24,000 nt of DNA, taken from Aidingimonas lacisalsi. Its GTDB lineage: Bacteria; Pseudomonadota; Gammaproteobacteria; Pseudomonadales; Halomonadaceae. Shown one piece after another: positions 15,501-24,000 of the stretch. Made by a program: the position numbers and the translations under genes. The notes below the pieces were generated by a model. That model ran no database searches. It was not told the DNA's origin and worked only from the letters and a program-made list of their open reading frames with translations. The DNA lies in the NCBI RefSeq assembly GCF_008079445.1, contig NZ_VRYH01000001.1, positions 481,196 through 505,195 on the forward strand. Direction: 5' to 3'. Numbering within the stretch: the stretch's first letter is position 1; every line of letters starts with the position of its first letter.

Positions 15501-16613
15501 ATGCGAATGACCAAGGTTGCCGATCCTCAACTGAGTCTCAAGCCGTATCTCACCGCTGTCACATTGTGTGTGGGTAGTGCGTGGGCCACATCAGCCTGGG
15601 CTCAAGGGGATGTATCGCCGGGGGGCGATGGAGACGGGGAGGTTGTCAGGGAGGCCGGCCCCACGCAAAGCGTCCAGAATGTGCTCCGTGAGGAACATGC
15701 GCTGTTCTCGGATCGACTGACGATCGAACCCGGGATCAGTTATGCCTATTCGGATCGTAGCCAGTTGGCTCTGAGTGGTTTCCTGGCGCTGGATGCCATT
15801 TTCCTGGGGGAAATCGATGTCGATACCGTCTCGAGCCATATCACCACGTTCGATCTCAACTTTCGTTACGGGGTAACCGAGCGCCTGGAATTCGAACTCA
15901 ATTTCCCGTTCCTGTATCGCAGCAGTACCTATGAGAGCACCGGAGGGGGTGGTGCGGGTGAAGATGACCCCAATGTCGAGGATTCCGTGAGCGAGGCCGG
16001 ATTGGGGGATATCAGTGCCTCACTTAATTACCGGTTGTTGAATGAAACCGCGCAACGCCCCGATCTGGTCTGGAATTTTGGTGTCCGTGCGCCGACAGGA
16101 AACGATCCCTTCGGTATCCCGACACGTCGAGTGGAAGGCAGTGAAGGTAATATAGAGATTCCGACTGAATTGCCGACGGGTAATGGCGTCTGGGCCGTTT
16201 CCACGGGCTTCTCGGTGCTCAAGACGGTCGATCCTGCCATTCTCTTTGCCAACGCTGGCTACACGTATAATTTCGAAGAGAGTTTTGGCGATATCGATGC
16301 CGCGGAAGGCAATCAACCGGGTGATGTCGAGCTGGGTGATTCCTTCAACCTGGGATTTGGCACAGCGTTTGCCCTGAATGAGCGGTTGAGCTTGTCGATG
16401 TCCTACGCGCACCAACACAGCTTCAAATCCGAGACGACCCAGAACGGGGTTACCGAAGAGATCGTGGGGAGTGATGCCAATGTAGGCACCATGAATTTCG
16501 GCGCCACCTATGCGCTGAGCGACGATACCTCACTGGTCACCAACGTGGCGGTTGGCTTGACCGACGATGCCTCGGACTTGACGGTCTCGTTCCGGATGCC
16601 CTTCCAGTTCTAG
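15501..16613 (+). CDS. fapF: FapF-like outer-membrane beta-barrel (module B)
   Basis: GGGGAG Shine-Dalgarno; RLTIEPGISYAYSDRSQLALSGFLALDAIFLGEIDVD, VTERLEFELNFPFLYRSSTYES, C-terminal TVSFRMPFQF ending in aromatic residue. Confidence 0.8.
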   Translation: MRMTKVADPQLSLKPYLTAVTLCVGSAWATSAWAQGDVSPGGDGDGEVVREAGPTQSVQNVLREEHALFSDRLTIEPGISYAYSDRSQLALSGFLALDAIFLGEIDVDTVSSHITTFDLNFRYGVTERLEFELNFPFLYRSSTYESTGGGGAGEDDPNVEDSVSEAGLGDISASLNYRLLNETAQRPDLVWNFGVRAPTGNDPFGIPTRRVEGSEGNIEIPTELPTGNGVWAVSTGFSVLKTVDPAILFANAGYTYNFEESFGDIDAAEGNQPGDVELGDSFNLGFGTAFALNERLSLSMSYAHQHSFKSETTQNGVTEEIVGSDANVGTMNFGATYALSDDTSLVTNVAVGLTDDASDLTVSFRMPFQF

Positions 16614-16643
16614 CGGCGTTCACACCTGTATCAGGATGCCGTG

Positions 16644-16676
16644 TTGAGCCGCTCATGCGTAAGCAGAGCGGCTCAA
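16644..16676. terminator. Hairpin between convergent fapF-like and regulator genes
   Basis: TTGAGCCGCTC-ATGCGTAAGCA-GAGCGGCTCAA, perfect 11-bp stem; weak T-run. Confidence 0.5.
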
Positions 16677-18037
16677 TGTTTGATGTCAGGCGTTTCATTC
16701 CGGGTGATCTGGTGTTTATCGATCAAGCGGTACAGTGTGACTCGCGACACACCGAGTTCCTTGGCAGCGTTCTGTACCTTGAACTTGTTTCGTGCCAAGG
16801 CAGCGATCAAAGCCTCGCGTTCTGCGGCATCACGAGCTTGTTCCAGTGTCAGGATTTCCCGGCTGTTCAAGCGCCGTTCGAGTCCCATGTCGGCAGGACG
16901 GATCAGACGCCGTTCACACATCACCATGGCTCGACGCACTCGGTTGATGAGTTCGCGGATATTACCTGGCCAGTCGTACTGCCGCATGAGTGCCAGGGTT
17001 TCCTGGCTGAAGCCACGCAGTTGTACCGGTTTCTCATTGGCGAACTTATCGAAGAAAAAACGTGCGAGGACTTCGATATCTTCCTGGCGCTCGCGTAACG
17101 GTGGCACATTGATCTGAAGAACATTGAGCCGATGGTATAGATCTTCACGAAAACGCCCTTCACGCACCGCAGCTTCCAGGTCGACATGGGTCGCGGCCAA
17201 TATACGAACATCGACATTGATCTCCTTCAGGCCGCCGAGTCGCTGAATCTGGTGATCCTGAAGAAAGCGTAAGAGATTGACTTGCATATCCAAAGGTAGA
17301 TCGCCAATCTCATCGAGGAATAGCGTACCGCCGGAGGCTGACTCGATTCGTCCGATCTTGCGTTGTGTCGCACCGGTGAAGGCACCTTTTTCGTGGCCGA
17401 AGAGTTCCGCTTGGATCAAGTTCGAAGGCAGTGCGCCGCAATTGACGGCCACGAACGGCCCTTGGGCGCGGGCTGATCGCTCGTGAATGGCATGGGCGGC
17501 CAACTCCTTGCCGGTTCCGGACTCGCCGCTGATGAACACTGGGGCATCGACAGCCGCCACTCGGCGAATCATCTCGAAGAGCTTGTGCATCTCTGGCGTC
17601 GTGCCAACCATTTCGTAGTCTTCGGAACCGAGTTGGCTGTCTTTGCCGAGAATGGGGTTCAGCCTGGCCATGGCGAGCGCGTGGTTGAGCAGACAATCGA
17701 CCTGGCCTACGTCCATGGGCAAGGTATGATAGGCATAGAAAAGCTGGCTTAATGCGCGACAGCTATAGTGATCACTCAATGCCATGTCATCGACCAATGC
17801 GACCCACTCCATGGGGTGGGACATCACCAACTTCTCGGCGTCCTTATGATGATGTTGTTGGCAGAAGTCGACGTACATCAATCCGACATCACAAGGATTT
17901 GAGTGGATCAGTTCGTTGGCTTCGAAGGTGTCGTCGGCACATTGAATTGACCATCCACGCTGGACCATATCATTGATGATCGGTGGGGTATGATGGTGTG
18001 GAGCACCTACGAACAACAGTCGTTTTGCAACTTCCAT
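16673..18037 (-). CDS. Sigma54-type (AAA+/Fis) enhancer-binding regulator with intact GAFTGA
   Basis: [68 protein letters not shown]; paralog of the 9123-10550 product. Confidence 0.93.
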   Translation of the reverse strand: MEVAKRLLFVGAPHHHTPPIINDMVQRGWSIQCADDTFEANELIHSNPCDVGLMYVDFCQQHHHKDAEKLVMSHPMEWVALVDDMALSDHYSCRALSQLFYAYHTLPMDVGQVDCLLNHALAMARLNPILGKDSQLGSEDYEMVGTTPEMHKLFEMIRRVAAVDAPVFISGESGTGKELAAHAIHERSARAQGPFVAVNCGALPSNLIQAELFGHEKGAFTGATQRKIGRIESASGGTLFLDEIGDLPLDMQVNLLRFLQDHQIQRLGGLKEINVDVRILAATHVDLEAAVREGRFREDLYHRLNVLQINVPPLRERQEDIEVLARFFFDKFANEKPVQLRGFSQETLALMRQYDWPGNIRELINRVRRAMVMCERRLIRPADMGLERRLNSREILTLEQARDAAEREALIAALARNKFKVQNAAKELGVSRVTLYRLIDKHQITRNETPDIKH

Positions 18038-18111
18038 AAGTCTCTTCTCATGTTCCCGGCATTATTGGCATACTGATTGAACAGTGTTCATGACGTCGGC
18101 ATGCACACCAC

Positions 18112-18807
18112 TCAATGCCTTATGGACGAGTGGTTATCGTCATCGACCTTTGTCGCCAGGTTGATAGGCATGGCGCCCAGGTTTTGCCTTGCCCAGTTCA
18201 TTGCCTGGATACGGTTGTGTACCTTGATTTTGCGAAACACGTTGTAGAGATGTGATTTGACCGTGTGTTCACTGACGAACAGCCGTTCGGCAATTTCTGA
18301 GTTGGACGCTCCGGAGCCGAGCAACCCGATGATCTCCAACTCTCGGTGCGTCAAGCCACAAATCGGTCGATAAGCGTTGCGTTGCTGGCGTCGGTAGAAG
18401 TCGATCAGACGTGTCATCAGCGAACGGGATATCCACAGGTCGCCTTCGAGCAGTTTGCTGATTCCCTTGCAGATCAGCATCAGGCTGTCGCTGCGGTAGA
18501 AGACGCCCTGCAGATGAAATTTGGCCAGCACATCGGCTGCATGATCTTCGTCGCGCAGGTTGAAGGCCGCCAGGTACATATCGGACCCCTCCAGGGTATG
18601 GTAATACCACTGCTGGAGGGTCTCGTCATCGACATGGTCGGCATCCATGAGCACGAGGGTCGTTTCTTCCTCGTGCAGTTCGTGGTTCTCATGCAATCCC
18701 TTGACGGCGACTGGGCATTGTAATTGCTGATGAATGTAATCGATGAACAGCTGAGATTGGGGATTCGCATCGGTGACGAGAAGCACCGACCCCTTAGCTT
18801 GATCCAT
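18112..18807 (-). CDS. CsgD-like LuxR-family transcriptional regulator
   Basis: Degenerate receiver plus LTHRELEIIGLLGSGASNSEIAERLFVSEHTVKSHLYNVFRKIKVHNRIQAMNWARQNL; LQGVFYRSDSL resembles the CsgD NGVFYSMED region. Confidence 0.85.
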   Translation of the reverse strand: MDQAKGSVLLVTDANPQSQLFIDYIHQQLQCPVAVKGLHENHELHEEETTLVLMDADHVDDETLQQWYYHTLEGSDMYLAAFNLRDEDHAADVLAKFHLQGVFYRSDSLMLICKGISKLLEGDLWISRSLMTRLIDFYRRQQRNAYRPICGLTHRELEIIGLLGSGASNSEIAERLFVSEHTVKSHLYNVFRKIKVHNRIQAMNWARQNLGAMPINLATKVDDDNHSSIRH

Positions 18808-19207
18808 GACCCTGCTCCTTTCTTATGGGAAACGCGATGCGTCAACGGTATGACAGTGTTAGGAAAGCCCCTCTCTCTAACTTTAATCCAAAGACCAGAT
18901 ATGTAAAGTTAAGTTACAGGTAAAATTAATTCTTTTTGTCTGGCTTTTCATGTTTTACTTTATTAGTATAAAAATACTATATAAATCATGAATATGCATC
19001 ATGTTATTTATTTATTGCAGGAATAAGTAAGCAGGTTAATAAAAACATTAATACTTTAACTTTTGTAAATTTAGATTCTTGATCCCTAAGTATGAGCTAA
19101 ATCATACCGCTCTCATGTTCTGGCGAGGGTGTGGTAGAACCTTATGTTTTACATGAAAATTCTCAGCGTTCTTTTGAAAGCGTAGAATAGGCGGCCCCAT
19201 AGCGAGG

Positions 19208-19813
19208 ATGATGGAAATGCCGGGAAATAATACATTGGTATTGGCCAGTGGGAACACTGGAAAAATAAATGAATTCAATAAGTTATTGTCGCCACTGGGG
19301 GTTGAGGTCGTTTCTCAGCGCGATTTCGACGTACCCAATGTCGAAGAAAGCGGACTCACCTTTGTCGAGAATGCGCTTCTCAAGGCGCGTCAAGCATGCC
19401 GGGTCAGCGGCCTGCCTGCGCTTGCCGACGATTCCGGCCTGGAGGTGGACGCCCTGAACGGTGCTCCGGGAATTTATTCAGCCCGTTACGCAGGTGAACC
19501 CTCCAGCGACGATGCCAACAATGACAAACTGCTGACTGCCATGGCTGACGTACCGGAAGGGCAGCGCAGTGGGCGTTATTGGTGTGTACTGGTCTATCTA
19601 CGTCATGCCGAGGATCCGGTGCCTCTTATCGTCCAACGCCATTGGGAGGGCGAAATCCTGGCACATCCTCGTGGTGATGGTGGCTTCGGCTATGACCCGC
19701 TGTTCTGGGTCGGCGAGTCGGGGATGAGTGCAGCAGAACTGTCGTCGGACGAGAAGAATCGGCTTAGCCATCGTGGTCGTGCGATGCAAGCGTTACTGGA
19801 ACGGTGGTGCTGA
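19208..19813 (+). CDS. rdgB: RdgB/HAM1-family non-canonical purine NTP pyrophosphatase
   Basis: LVLASGNTGKINEF, LPALADDSGLEVDALNGAPGIYSARYAG, GDGGFGYDPLFW, LSHRGRAM. Start 19208 or 19217. Confidence 0.95.
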   Translation: MMEMPGNNTLVLASGNTGKINEFNKLLSPLGVEVVSQRDFDVPNVEESGLTFVENALLKARQACRVSGLPALADDSGLEVDALNGAPGIYSARYAGEPSSDDANNDKLLTAMADVPEGQRSGRYWCVLVYLRHAEDPVPLIVQRHWEGEILAHPRGDGGFGYDPLFWVGESGMSAAELSSDEKNRLSHRGRAMQALLERWC

Positions 19814-19819
19814 TACATT

Positions 19820-21001
19820 ATGAGTCTGCCTGATCGATTCTTACCTCCCCTGGCGCTTTACGTCCATGTACCCTGGTGCGTCCGCAAGTGCCCCTATTGC
19901 GATTTCAATTCCCATGGCGTGGGTCATCAGGCGGAGCTTCCTGAAGAGGCTTACCTGCAGGCACTGTTGACCGATCTGGATGACGATCTGGCGTTGGCAT
20001 CGCCGCGCGAGCTGAAAAGTCTGTTTATCGGTGGTGGAACACCCAGCTTGATGTCGCCGGGATTCTATCGGCAGTTTCTGGATGAGCTCAGGGAACGCCT
20101 CCCTTTCGCGGATGATATAGAGATCACCCTGGAAGCCAACCCGGGAGCAATCGAGCAGGGGCGGTTCCAGGGTTTTCGTCAAGCAGGGATCAATCGGCTA
20201 TCTCTCGGTGTGCAGAGCTTTCAGGCCGAGCAACTCACGGTTCTGGGCCGAATCCATGGAGCGGACGACGCTTGTCGGGCCGTGCAGTCTGCCCGGCAAG
20301 CCGGATTCGATAACCTCAACATCGATCTGATGCATGGACTGCCAGGTCAGGATGTGGCGTCAGCGCTGGCCGATCTGGAGACGGCGTTGTCGTTAACGCC
20401 CGAGCATCTCTCCTGGTATCAATTGACGCTTGAACCCAACACCGAATTCTACTCCAGTCCGCCAACGCTGCCTTCGGATGATCTACTTGGGGATATTCAG
20501 GAAGCCGGTCAGGAGCGCCTGGATGCCGCCGGGTTCCGTCAGTATGAGATATCGGCTTACGCACGTAGCGGTCGAATGGCGCAACACAACCTCAACTACT
20601 GGATGTTCGGCGACTATCTAGGCATCGGGGCGGGGGCTCATGGCAAATTGAGCGCGTTGTCCGCTGAGGGAGAGTTCGATATCGAGCGGCGTTGGAAGAC
20701 TCGCCAGCCTGAAGCGTATCTACGTCGTCGCCAGGATCCGCGCGGTTTCGTCGCTGGTCGAGAACCGGTCTTGCCTGTTTCACTGCCCCTGGAATTTGCC
20801 ATGAATGCCTTGAGACTGATAGACGGCGTGCCAATGTCGACATGGGAAGCGCATACCGGGCGTCCAGTCAGCGACCTCGAAACGCATCTGTCATCGTTAC
20901 GCAAAAAAGGACTTCTTGTGCAAGATGCCGAATGGCTTCAAGCCACCCCCCAGGGTCTATTATTCTTGAATGACGTCCTGGCATCGATCAGCGATGACTG
21001 A
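19820..21001 (+). CDS. hemW: HemW-family radical SAM protein
   Basis: YVHVPWCVRKCPYCDFNSH, FIGGGTPSLM, LSLGVQSF, NIDLMHGLPGQ. Confidence 0.94.
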   Translation: MSLPDRFLPPLALYVHVPWCVRKCPYCDFNSHGVGHQAELPEEAYLQALLTDLDDDLALASPRELKSLFIGGGTPSLMSPGFYRQFLDELRERLPFADDIEITLEANPGAIEQGRFQGFRQAGINRLSLGVQSFQAEQLTVLGRIHGADDACRAVQSARQAGFDNLNIDLMHGLPGQDVASALADLETALSLTPEHLSWYQLTLEPNTEFYSSPPTLPSDDLLGDIQEAGQERLDAAGFRQYEISAYARSGRMAQHNLNYWMFGDYLGIGAGAHGKLSALSAEGEFDIERRWKTRQPEAYLRRRQDPRGFVAGREPVLPVSLPLEFAMNALRLIDGVPMSTWEAHTGRPVSDLETHLSSLRKKGLLVQDAEWLQATPQGLLFLNDVLASISDD

Positions 21002-21037
21002 TGCCGGGGTCGTCCCGTTTTTTCAAGGAGTGATTGT

Positions 21038-21727
21038 ATGATGCCCAAGTTCGTGCGCTTCATTAGCCCCCTTGCCGCTGCCGTCATCGTGGCAGGTTGC
21101 GCTACCACGGATCCCAATACCGGGGAAACGCGTCGCAATAATACCGGGACCGGTGCCGGTATCGGTGCTGCTGTCGGTGCAGTTGCCGGCGCCCTCAGTG
21201 GCGATGGCAGCTCCAGTCGACGCGATCGCGCGCTCATTGGCGCTGCCGTTGGGGCGGCAGCCGGGGGCGGTATCGGTGCCTACATGGATCGTCAGGAAGC
21301 TGAATTGCGTGAGCGGATGCAGGGGACTGGTATTGGTGTCGAACGCACCGGGGATGACATTACTCTCAATATGCCCGACAGCGTTACCTTTGCATTCGAT
21401 TCCAGTGAACTGACCAGTGAAGCTCGCCGTGCCCTGGACGATGTCACCGACGTGTTGCGACAGTATCCTGAGACGCGAATCAATATTGCCGGCCATACTG
21501 ACAGCACCGGTTCCGAGGCGTATAACCAGCGTCTGTCGGAACGTCGGGCCGAAGCGGTTGGCGGGTATCTGCAACAAGGCGGCGTCAATGCCAGCCGTTT
21601 GAGCATGGCTGGTTACGGCGAGAGCCAGCCGGTGGCGAGCAATGAGACCGATCAGGGGCGGGCGCAAAACCGTCGGGTCGAGGTCACATTGTCACCGATG
21701 CAGCAGGCGGGGCAATCCGGCCAGTAA
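21038..21727 (+). CDS. OmpA-family lipoprotein with glycine-zipper N-terminal region
   Basis: Lipobox AAVIVAGC, GAGIGAAVGAVAGAL, OmpA-like INIAGHTDSTGSEAYNQRLSERRAEAV and NRRVEV. Confidence 0.92.
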   Translation: MMPKFVRFISPLAAAVIVAGCATTDPNTGETRRNNTGTGAGIGAAVGAVAGALSGDGSSSRRDRALIGAAVGAAAGGGIGAYMDRQEAELRERMQGTGIGVERTGDDITLNMPDSVTFAFDSSELTSEARRALDDVTDVLRQYPETRINIAGHTDSTGSEAYNQRLSERRAEAVGGYLQQGGVNASRLSMAGYGESQPVASNETDQGRAQNRRVEVTLSPMQQAGQSGQ

Positions 21728-21745
21728 AGCGACTTCTTATCCCGG

Positions 21746-21766
21746 CCCGCCGCTGGGCGGCGGGTT
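21746..21766 (+). terminator. Possible terminator after the OmpA-family gene
   Basis: CCCGCCGC-TGG-GCGGCGGG followed by TT; T-run is short. Confidence 0.45.
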
Positions 21767-21790
21767 CCTTGAGTTCAGTCGAGATATGTC

Positions 21791-22648
21791 ATGCTCGCTT
21801 ACCAGCATGCCTACCATGCAGGCAATATGGCTGATGTGCATAAGCACTTGGCCCTGTATGGCGTGATTCGGCATTTGCACAGGAAGGCGTCGGCGGTTAC
21901 CTATATCGATACCCATGCGGGTCGAGGGATATATCCGCTGTCCGCGCCTGAAACACGTAAACTGGCAGAATATCGCCAGGGAGTGGCTCCTTTATGGGAT
22001 GCGCGCAACGTGATTGACAGTGATACGCTGTTGAAAGCGTGGTTGCTGGCGCTGGACCCCTTGCAAACCAGCCACGAGGGTGGCTTGACCCACTATCCAG
22101 GTTCACCTTGGTGGTTGGCCGAAGGGCTCCGTTCACAGGATCGGCTACAGTTGTTTGAGTTGCATCCAGGCGAGCACACTCAACTTACCCACCAAGCGTT
22201 ACCCGACAACGTTCGCTGTCGTCATGCTGATGGATTGACAGGTATCGTGGAGATGATGCCGCCATCCACACCGCGAGTCTGCGCCTTGATCGACCCCAGT
22301 TATGAGCGCAAGGAAGAGTATCAGGAAGTCGCGGACACGCTGATTACACTCTCGCATAAGGTTCGACATGCCATCGTGTTGGTGTGGTATCCCTTACTGT
22401 CGGCAGGAAGGCACCATTCAATGCTCGAGCGACTGCGAAACGCCGGGGTACATAAACTTTGGCGGAGCGAGCTCCGTTGGCGTGCCCCAGTGACCAATGG
22501 ACATGGAATGTACGGTAGCGGCCTGTTGGTATTCAATCCACCGTGGGGGTTGGATGAACGACTCGCGGCCAGCATGGAGTGCGTTTTACCGGTGTGCTCG
22601 AACGAAGCCCACTATCATGCTGACTGGTGGATGCCGGAGTCGTCATGA
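21791..22648 (+). CDS. rlmJ: 23S rRNA (adenine-N6) methyltransferase RlmJ family
   Basis: MLAYQHAYHAGNMADVHKHLAL, YIDTHAGRGIYPL, LIDPSYERKEEY, SGLLVFNPPWGLDE. Confidence 0.94.
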   Translation: MLAYQHAYHAGNMADVHKHLALYGVIRHLHRKASAVTYIDTHAGRGIYPLSAPETRKLAEYRQGVAPLWDARNVIDSDTLLKAWLLALDPLQTSHEGGLTHYPGSPWWLAEGLRSQDRLQLFELHPGEHTQLTHQALPDNVRCRHADGLTGIVEMMPPSTPRVCALIDPSYERKEEYQEVADTLITLSHKVRHAIVLVWYPLLSAGRHHSMLERLRNAGVHKLWRSELRWRAPVTNGHGMYGSGLLVFNPPWGLDERLAASMECVLPVCSNEAHYHADWWMPESS

Positions 22649-22659
22649 CTGGGGTCACG

Positions 22660-24000
22660 CTACTTGCCGATGCAGAAACTGCCGAAGATTTCGCCGAGCA
22701 AGTCGTCAGCGCTGAACTCACCGGTAATTTCACCCAATGCCTGTTGTGCATCACGCAGATCTTCGGCGAGCAGCTCGCCGGCTCCATGGCCTGAAAGTTG
22801 ATCCTCACCGTTAGTGAGCGCTCGCTTGGCACGGTCGAGAGCATCCAGGTGCCGCCGGCGAGCCGAGAAACGGCCCTCCGGTGTGACGGAAAATCCCATC
22901 ACCGCCTTGAGATGCGCCTTCAGACTATCGATGCCCTCTCCCGTCTTGGCCGAGAGACGCAGGATCGGCGTGTTACCGGTGTCGTCGTATCCTGGCGGTT
23001 CTTGGGTCCCATCGATCTTGTTGCGGACCAGCGTCAATTGTTCGGGATCGGCGAGCCGTGCGACGAATGCTGGCCAGATCGTCATCGGGTCGGTGGCCTC
23101 GGTGGTGGTAGCATCGACCAGTAGGAGCACTCGGTCGGCCTTTTCAATCTCCGACCACGCTCGGGCGACGCCGATCTGCTCCACGGCGTCGGGCGTATCG
23201 CGTAATCCGGCGGTATCAATGACATGAAGTGGCATCCCATCGACATGAATATGCTCACGCAGTACATCGCGAGTCGTGCCTTCGACCGAGGTCACGATAG
23301 CGGTATCCTGCTCGGTGAGGGCATTGAGTAGACTCGATTTACCGGCGTTGGGACGGCCGGCAATCACCACGTTCATGCCTTCACGCATCAAAGCGCCCTG
23401 ACCCGCGGCCTCGCGTACACTGTCGAGTTCGCTCTGAACCCCGGAAAGCATGTTGGCCACGTTGCCATCGGCGAGAAAATCGATCTCTTCTTCTGGAAAA
23501 TCGATGGCGGCTTCGACATACATGCGTAGTTCGATCAGTCGCGTGACCAATGCCTCGACTCGGTGCGAGAACTCGCCCTGGAGTGAACGGACAGCGTTTT
23601 CAGCCGCGGCTCGGGAACTGGCTTCGATCAGATCGGCAATGGCCTCGGCTTGTGCCAGGTCCAGCTTGTCGTTGAGGAAGGCGCGCTCGGAAAATTCACC
23701 GGGTCGAGCCAGGCGAGCGCCGAGTTGTACACAACGTTCCAATAGCAAGTCCATGATGATTGGCCCACCATGACCCTGCAGTTCCAGGACGTCTTCACCG
23801 GTGAACGAGTTCGGTCCCACGAAATAGAGCGCGATGCCCTCATCGATGATCTCTTCTTTGCCTCGGAATCGCAAATAGTCCGCCTGACGTGGCGGTGGGC
23901 AGTAGCCCAGAATCGCTTTGGCTATTGCGCTGGCATCGGGGCCCGAGACGCGAATGATCCCGACACCGCCTCGTCCCGGTGGCGTAGCGAGTGCAGCGAT
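22660..24000 (-). CDS. mnmE: tRNA modification GTPase MnmE, N-terminus cut by window edge
   Basis: [16 protein letters not shown] reads through to position 24000; [50 protein letters not shown]-terminal FCIGK. Confidence 0.97.
   Translation of the reverse strand: MAALATPPGRGGVGIIRVSGPDASAIAKAILGYCPPPRQADYLRFRGKEEIIDEGIALYFVGPNSFTGEDVLELQGHGGPIIMDLLLERCVQLGARLARPGEFSERAFLNDKLDLAQAEAIADLIEASSRAAAENAVRSLQGEFSHRVEALVTRLIELRMYVEAAIDFPEEEIDFLADGNVANMLSGVQSELDSVREAAGQGALMREGMNVVIAGRPNAGKSSLLNALTEQDTAIVTSVEGTTRDVLREHIHVDGMPLHVIDTAGLRDTPDAVEQIGVARAWSEIEKADRVLLLVDATTTEATDPMTIWPAFVARLADPEQLTLVRNKIDGTQEPPGYDDTGNTPILRLSAKTGEGIDSLKAHLKAVMGFSVTPEGRFSARRRHLDALDRAKRALTNGEDQLSGHGAGELLAEDLRDAQQALGEITGEFSADDLLGEIFGSFCIGK

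Noticed and set aside
18902-18918. TGTAA-AGTTAAG-TTACA inverted repeat upstream of the CsgD-like gene
   Set aside because: Only 5-bp arms in an AT-rich region; could be an autoregulatory operator but is not distinguishable from chance.
1-24000. CRISPR array, tRNA/rRNA genes, transposase or prophage
   Set aside because: No regularly spaced direct repeats, no recognised tRNA/rRNA sequence, and no transposase, integrase or phage structural ORF was seen.

Overview
The window looks like a Halomonas-type gammaproteobacterial chromosome (inference). Housekeeping genes flank an accessory cluster. The left flank has a thiD C-terminal part, thiE, hemL and an AAA/kinase-like ATPase. The right flank has rdgB, hemW, an OmpA-family lipoprotein, rlmJ and partial mnmE. 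The cluster (about 4.58-18.8 kb) appears to encode two paralogous Fap-like functional-amyloid export modules. Module B (11341-16613) has the classical six-gene fapA-B-C-D-E-F order, with FapC-like G[IVL]NxAAG repeats. Module A (4782-9035) is divergent: a Gly/Ala/Asp-rich secreted protein replaces the repeat amyloid, followed by a small exported protein, a second C39-like (FapD-like) peptidase, a FapE-like protein and an inverted FapF-like beta-barrel. Regulators are two paralogous sigma54-type activators, one with an altered GAFTGA motif (GAFTDA), and a CsgD-like LuxR protein. The most interesting observation is a 12-residue motif, [IL][DS]xxxLxx[MVL]RGx, in five exported proteins across both modules. 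It matches the -12 to -1 register of double-glycine leaders cut by C39 peptidases. Other shared features are sigma54 -24/-12 promoter candidates upstream of both modules, a shared TCAGTG/CACTGA inverted repeat, strong hairpins directly after the main structural gene in both modules, and G8 homopolymers in two coding regions. All calls come from reading the sequence only; no database search was run.
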